A stretch of DNA of 64,000 nt, taken from assembly GCA_964057225.1 (NCBI GenBank), contig CAXKVF010000086.1, positions 186,001-250,000 on the forward strand, read 5' to 3'. The stretch's first letter is position 1; every line of letters starts with the position of its first letter. Shown piece after piece: positions 58,201 through 64,000 of the stretch. The translations under genes and the position numbers were made by a program. Source of the DNA: Auanema rhodensis (lineage: Eukaryota; Animalia; Nematoda). The notes below the pieces were generated by a model that was not told the DNA's origin, ran no database searches, and was given only the letters and a program-made list of their open reading frames with translations.

Positions 58201-61200
58201 AAAGTTCACGTAAATTTCAAAGTCATGGTTACCATGCACCAATATCAATAAAAATTTGTTTTTAGACTAATATGGACATGGGGAATCTAATTTTGAAAAC
58301 CGCATCTCTTTATCTTTCACGTGAAGCGAGTTACATACCAAGTGCCCATCACGTGTACATTTAATTAGCATAAATTAAAGTTCACGTAAATTTCAAAGTC
58401 ATGGTTACCATGCACCAATATCAATAAAAATTTGTTTTTAGACTAATATGGACATGGGGAATCTAATTTTGAAAACCGCATCTCGTTATCTTTCACGTGA
58501 AGCGAGTTACATACCAAGTGCACATCACGTGTACATTTAATTAGCATAAATTAAAGTTCACGTAAATTTCAAAGTCATGGTTACCATGAACCAATATCAA
58601 TAAAAATTTGTTTTTAGACTAATATGGACATGGGGAATCTAATTTTGAAAACCGCATCTCTTTATCTTTCACGTGAAGCGAGTTACATACCAAGTGCTCA
58701 TCACGTGTACATTTAATTAGCATAAATTAAAGTTCACGTAAATTTCAAAGTCATGGTTACCATGAACCAATATCAATAAAAATTTGTTTTTAGACTAATA
58801 TGGACATGGGGAATCTAATTTTGAAAACCGCATCTCTTTATCTTTCACGTGAAGCGAGTTACATACCAAGTGCCCATCACGTGTACATTTAATTAGCATA
58901 AATTAAAGTTCACGTAAATTTCAAAGTCATGGTTACCATGCACCAATATCAATAAAAATTTGTTTTTAGACTAATATGGACATGGGGAATCTAATTTTGA
59001 AAACCGCATCTCGTTATCTTTCACGTGAAGCGAGTTACATACCAAGTGCACATCACGTGTACATTTAATTAGCATAAATTAAAGTTCACGTAAATTTCAA
59101 AGTCATGGTTACCATGCACCAATATCAATAAAAATTTGTTTTTAGACTAATATGGACATGGGGAATCTAATTTTGAAAACCGCATCTCTTTATCTTTCAC
59201 GTGAAGCGAGTTACATACCAAGTGCACATCACGTGTACATTTAATTAGCATAAATTAAAGTTCACGTAAATCTCAAAGTCATGGTTACCATGCACCAATA
59301 TCAATAAAAATTTGTTTTTAGACTAATATGGACATGGGGAATCTAATTTTGAAAACCGCATCTCTTTATCTTTCACGTGAAGCGAGTTACATACCAAGTG
59401 CACATCACGTGTACATTTAATTAGCATAAATTAAAGTTCACGTAAATTTCAAAGTCATGGTTACCATGAACCAATATCAATAAAAATTTGTTTTTAGACT
59501 AATATGGACATGGGGAATCTAATTTTTAAAACCGCATCTCTTTATCTTTCACGTGAAGCGAGTTACATACCAAGTGCACATCACGTGTACATTTAATTAG
59601 CATAAATTAAAGTTCACGTAAATTTCAAAGTCATGGTTACCATGAACCAATATCAATAAAAATTTGTTTTTAGACTAATATGGACATGGGGAATCTAATT
59701 TTGAAAACCGCATCTCGTTATCTTTCACGTGAAGCGAGTTACATACCAAGTGCACATCACGTGTACATTTAATTAGCATAAATTAAAGTTCACGTAAATT
59801 TCAAAGTCATGGTTACCATGCACCAATATCAATAAAAATTTGTTTTTAGACTAATATGGACATGGGGAATCTAATTTTGAAAACCGCATCTCTTTATCTT
59901 TCACGTGAAGCGAGTTACATACCAAGTGCACATCACGTGTACATTTAATTAGCATAAATTAAAGTTCACGTAAATTTCAAAGTCATGGTTACCATGCACC
60001 AATATCAATAAAAATTTGTTTTTAGACTAATATGGACATGGGGAATCTAATTTTGAAAACCGCATCTCTTTATCTTTCACGTGAAGCGAGTTACATACCA
60101 AGTGCACATCACGTGTACATTTAATTAGCATAAATTAAAGTTCACGTAAATTTCAAAGTCATGGTTACCATGAACCAATATCAATAAAAATTTGTTTTTA
60201 GACTAATATGGACATGGGGAATCTAATTTTGAAAACCGCATCTCTTTATCTTTCACGTGAAGCGAGTTACATACCAAGTGCACATCACGTGTACATTTAA
60301 TTAGCATAAATTAAAGTTCACGTAAATTTCAAAGTCATGGTTACCATGAACCAATATCAATAAAAATTTGTTTTTAGACTAATATGGACATGGGGAATCT
60401 AATTTTGAAAACCGCATCTCTTTATCTTTCACGTGAAGCGAGTTACATACCAAGTGCCCATCACGTGTACATTTAATTAGCATAAATTAAAGTTCACGTA
60501 AATTTCAAAGTCATGGTTACCATGCACCAATATCAATAAAAATTTGTTTTTAGACTAATATGGACATGGGGAATCTAATTTTGAAAACCGCATCTCCTTA
60601 TCTTTCACGTGAAGCGAGTTACATACCAAGTGCACATCACGTGTACATTTAATTAGCATAAATTAAAGTTCACGTAAATCTCAAAGTCATGGTTACCATG
60701 CACCAATATCAATAAAAATTTGTTTTTAGACTAATATGGACATGGGGAATCTAATTTTGAAAACCGCATCTCTTTATCTTTCACGTGAAGCGAGTTACAT
60801 ACCAAGTGCACATCACGTGTACATTTAATTAGCATAAATTAAAGTTCACGTAAATTTCAAAGTCATGGTTACCATGAACCAATATCAATAAAAATTTGTT
60901 TTTAGACTAATATTGACATGGGGAATCTAATTTTGAAAACCGCATCTCGTTATCTTTCACGTGAAGCGAGTTACATACCAAGTGCACATCACGTGTACAT
61001 TTAATTAGCATAAATTAAAGTTCACGTAAATTTCAAAGTCATGGTTACCATGCACCAATATCAATAAAAATTTGTTTTTAGACTAATATGGACATGGGGA
61101 ATCTAATTTTGAAAACCGCATCTCTTTATCTTTCACGTGAAGCGAGTTACATACCAAGTGCACATCACGTGTACATTTAATTAGCATAAATTAAAGTTCA

Positions 61201-61424
61201 CGTAAATTTCAAAGTCATGGTTACCATGCACCAATATCAATAAAAATTTGTTTTTAGACTAATATGGACATGGGGAATCTAATTTTGAAAACCGCATCTC
61301 TTTATCTTTCACGTGAAGCGAGTTACATACCAAGTGCACATCACGTGTACATTTAATTAGCATAAATTAAAGTTCACGTAAATTTCAAAGTCATGGTTAC
61401 CATGAACCAATATCAATAAAAATT
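52273..61424 (+). repeat. ~18-monomer block (52273-55440) re-copied at 34-monomer (5984-bp) offset (58257-61424)
   Basis: A90T 52714/58698, T136C 53288/59272, G39T 53543/59527, T53C 54613/60597, G18T 54930/60914. Confidence 0.9.
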
Positions 61425-63536
61425 TGTTTTTAGACTAATATGGACATGGGGAATCTAATTTTGAAAACCGCATCTCTTTATCTTTCACGTGAAGCGAGTT
61501 ACATACCAAGTGCACATCACGTGTACATTTAATTAGCATAAATTAAAGTTCACGTAAATTTCAAAGTCATGGTTACCATGCACCAATATCAATAAAAATT
61601 TGTTTTTAGACTAATATGGACATGGGGAATCTAATTTTGAAAACCTCATCTCTTTATCTTTCACGTGAAGCGAGTTACATACCAAGTGCACATCACGTGT
61701 ACATTTAATTAGCATAAATTAAAGTTCACGTAAATTTCAAAGTCATGGTTACCATGAACCAATATCAATAAAAATTTGTTTTTAGACTAATATGGACATG
61801 GGGAATCTAATTTTGAAAACCGCATCTCTTTATCTTTCACGTGAAGCGAGTTACATACCAAGTGCACATCACGTGTACATTTAATTAGCATAAATTAAAG
61901 TTCACGTAAATTTCAAAGTCATGGTTACCATGAACCAATATCAATAAAAATTTGTTTTTAGACTAATATGGACATGGGGAATCTAATTTTGAAAACCGCA
62001 TCTCTTTATCTTTCACGTGAAGCGAGTTACATACCAAGTGCCCATCACGTGTACATTTAATTAGCATAAATTAAAGTTCACGTAAATTTCAAAGTCATGG
62101 TTACCATGCACCAATATCAATAAAAATTTGTTTTTAGACTAATATGGACATGGGGAATCTAATTTTGAAAACCGCATCTCCTTATCTTTCACGTGAAGCG
62201 AGTTACATACCAAGTGCACATCACGTGTACATTTAATTAGCATAAATTAAAGTTCACGTAAATCTCAAAGTCATGGTTACCATGCACCAATATCAATAAA
62301 AATTTGTTTTTAGACTAATATGGACATGGGGAATCTAATTTTGAAAACCGCATCTCTTTATCTTTCACGTGAAGCGAGTTACATACCAAGTGCACATCAC
62401 GTGTACATTTAATTAGCATAAATTAAAGTTCACGTAAATTTCAAAGTCATGGTTACCATGAACCAATATCAATAAAAATTTGTTTTTAGACTAATATTGA
62501 CATGGGGAATCTAATTTTGAAAACCGCATCTCGTTATCTTTCACGTGAAGCGAGTTACATACCAAGTGCACATCACGTGTACATTTAATTAGCATAAATT
62601 AAAGTTCACGTAAATTTCAAAGTCATGGTTACCATGCACCAATATCAATAAAAATTTGTTTTTAGACTAATATGGACATGGGGAATCTAATTTTGAAAAC
62701 CGCATCTCTTTATCTTTCACGTGAAGCGAGTTACATACCAAGTGCACATCACGTGTACATTTAATTAGCATAAATTAAAGTTCACGTAAATTTCAAAGTC
62801 ATGGTTACCATGCACCAATATCAATAAAAATTTGTTTTTAGACTAATATGGACATGGGGAATCTAATTTTGAAAACCGCATCTCTTTATCTTTCACGTGA
62901 AGCGAGTTACATACCAAGTGCACATCACGTGTACATTTAATTAGCATAAATTAAAGTTCACGTAAATTTCAAAGTCATGGTTACCATGAACCAATATCAA
63001 TAAAAATTTGTTTTTAGACTAATATGGACATGGGGAATCTAATTTTGAAAACCGCATCTCTTTATCTTTCACGTGAAGCGAGTTACATACCAAGTGCACA
63101 TCACGTGTACATTTAATTAGCATAAATTAAAGTTCACGTAAATTTCAAAGTCATGGTTACCATGCACCAATATCAATAAAAATTTGTTTTTAGACTAATA
63201 TGGACATGGGGAATCTAATTTTGAAAACCTCATCTCTTTATCTTTCACGTGAAGCGAGTTACATACCAAGTGCACATCACGTGTACATTTAATTAGCATA
63301 AATTAAAGTTCACGTAAATTTCAAAGTCATGGTTACCATGAACCAATATCAATAAAAATTTGTTTTTAGACTAATATGGACATGGGGAATCTAATTTTGA
63401 AAACCGCATCTCCTTATCTTTCACGTGAAGCGAGTTACATACCAAGTGCACATCACGTGTACATTTAATTAGCATAAATTAAAAGTCACGTAAATTTCAA
63501 AGTCATGGTTACCATGAACCAATATCAATAAAAATT
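60369..63536 (+). repeat. Tandem duplication of 9 monomers (1584 bp)
   Basis: A90C 60458/62042, T53C 60597/62181, G18T 60914/62498, G46T 61646/63230. Confidence 0.88.
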
Positions 63537-64000
63537 TGTTTTTAGACTAATATGGACATGGGGAATCTAATTTTGAAAACCGCATCTCTTTATCTTTCAC
63601 GTGAAGCGAGTTACATACCAAGTGCACATCACGTGTACATTTAATTAGCATAAATTAAAGTTCACGTAAATTTCAAAGTCATGGTTACCATGAACCAATA
63701 TCAATAAAAATTTGTTTTTAGACTAATATGGACATGGGGAATCTAATTTTGAAAACCGCATCTCTTTATCTTTCACGTGAAGCGAGTTACATACCAAGTG
63801 CCCATCACGTGTACATTTAATTAGCATAAATTAAAGTTCACGTAAATTTCAAAGTCATGGTTACCATGCACCAATATCAATAAAAATTTGTTTTTAGACT
63901 AATATGGACATGGGGAATCTAATTTTGAAAACCGCATCTCGTTATCTTTCACGTGAAGCGAGTTACATACCAAGTGCACATCACGTGTACATTTAATTAG

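Larger units (their letters stand above)
1..64000. repeat. Tandem satellite DNA array, 176-bp monomer, ~363.6 copies, single orientation; likely centromeric/pericentromeric satellite of a eukaryote
   Basis: Monomer start TGTTTTTAGACTAATATGG recurs at 1, 177, 881, 2641, 5281 ... 60721, 63361 (=360x176+1). No non-repeat sequence anywhere and the array runs off both ends. The centromeric role is inferred only from monomer length (~1 nucleosome repeat), AT-richness and homogeneity. Confidence 0.99.

Noticed and set aside
1-64000. CRISPR array or other repeat-spacer system
   Set aside because: No unique spacers; the entire 176 bp is repeated, with no leader or cas genes.
1-64000. Pure assembly or synthetic artefact
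   Set aside because: Hierarchically shared variants, regional domains and CpG-type changes look like real evolution, although individual duplications still need read validation.
1-64000. Single fixed-period higher-order repeat
   Set aside because: Offsets between shared variants vary from 5 to 43 monomers and no period persists beyond 2-3 copies.

Overview
The whole 64,000-bp window is one uninterrupted head-to-tail tandem array of a 176-bp, ~32% GC monomer (about 363.6 copies; monomer n starts at 176(n-1)+1). The register never shifts, so there is no net indel, inversion or insertion. Most monomers differ from consensus by 0-3 substitutions. This is most consistent with the homogenised core of a eukaryotic (probably centromeric or pericentromeric) satellite array; I cannot assign the species or a named family. 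No genes, RNA genes, transposons or CRISPR spacers are present, and the two 60-aa ORFs come from one stop-removing SNP in a duplicated block. The informative signal is in the variants. (1) The monomer is tiled by imperfect inverted repeats, and many variants, mostly transversions, repair mismatches in them, which suggests template-switch (quasi-palindrome) mutagenesis; this needs a statistical test. (2) Each monomer has two CACGTG E-boxes plus a CACGTA, spaced 32-33 bp apart. (3) CpG transitions look enriched. (4) Shared SNP haplotypes show many nested block duplications of variable size (5-43 monomers), regional variant domains and one long-range shared haplotype, with no fixed higher-order repeat. 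Variant names (e.g. T100A) use monomer positions with position 1 = window base 1. All variants were read by eye, so lists may be incomplete.
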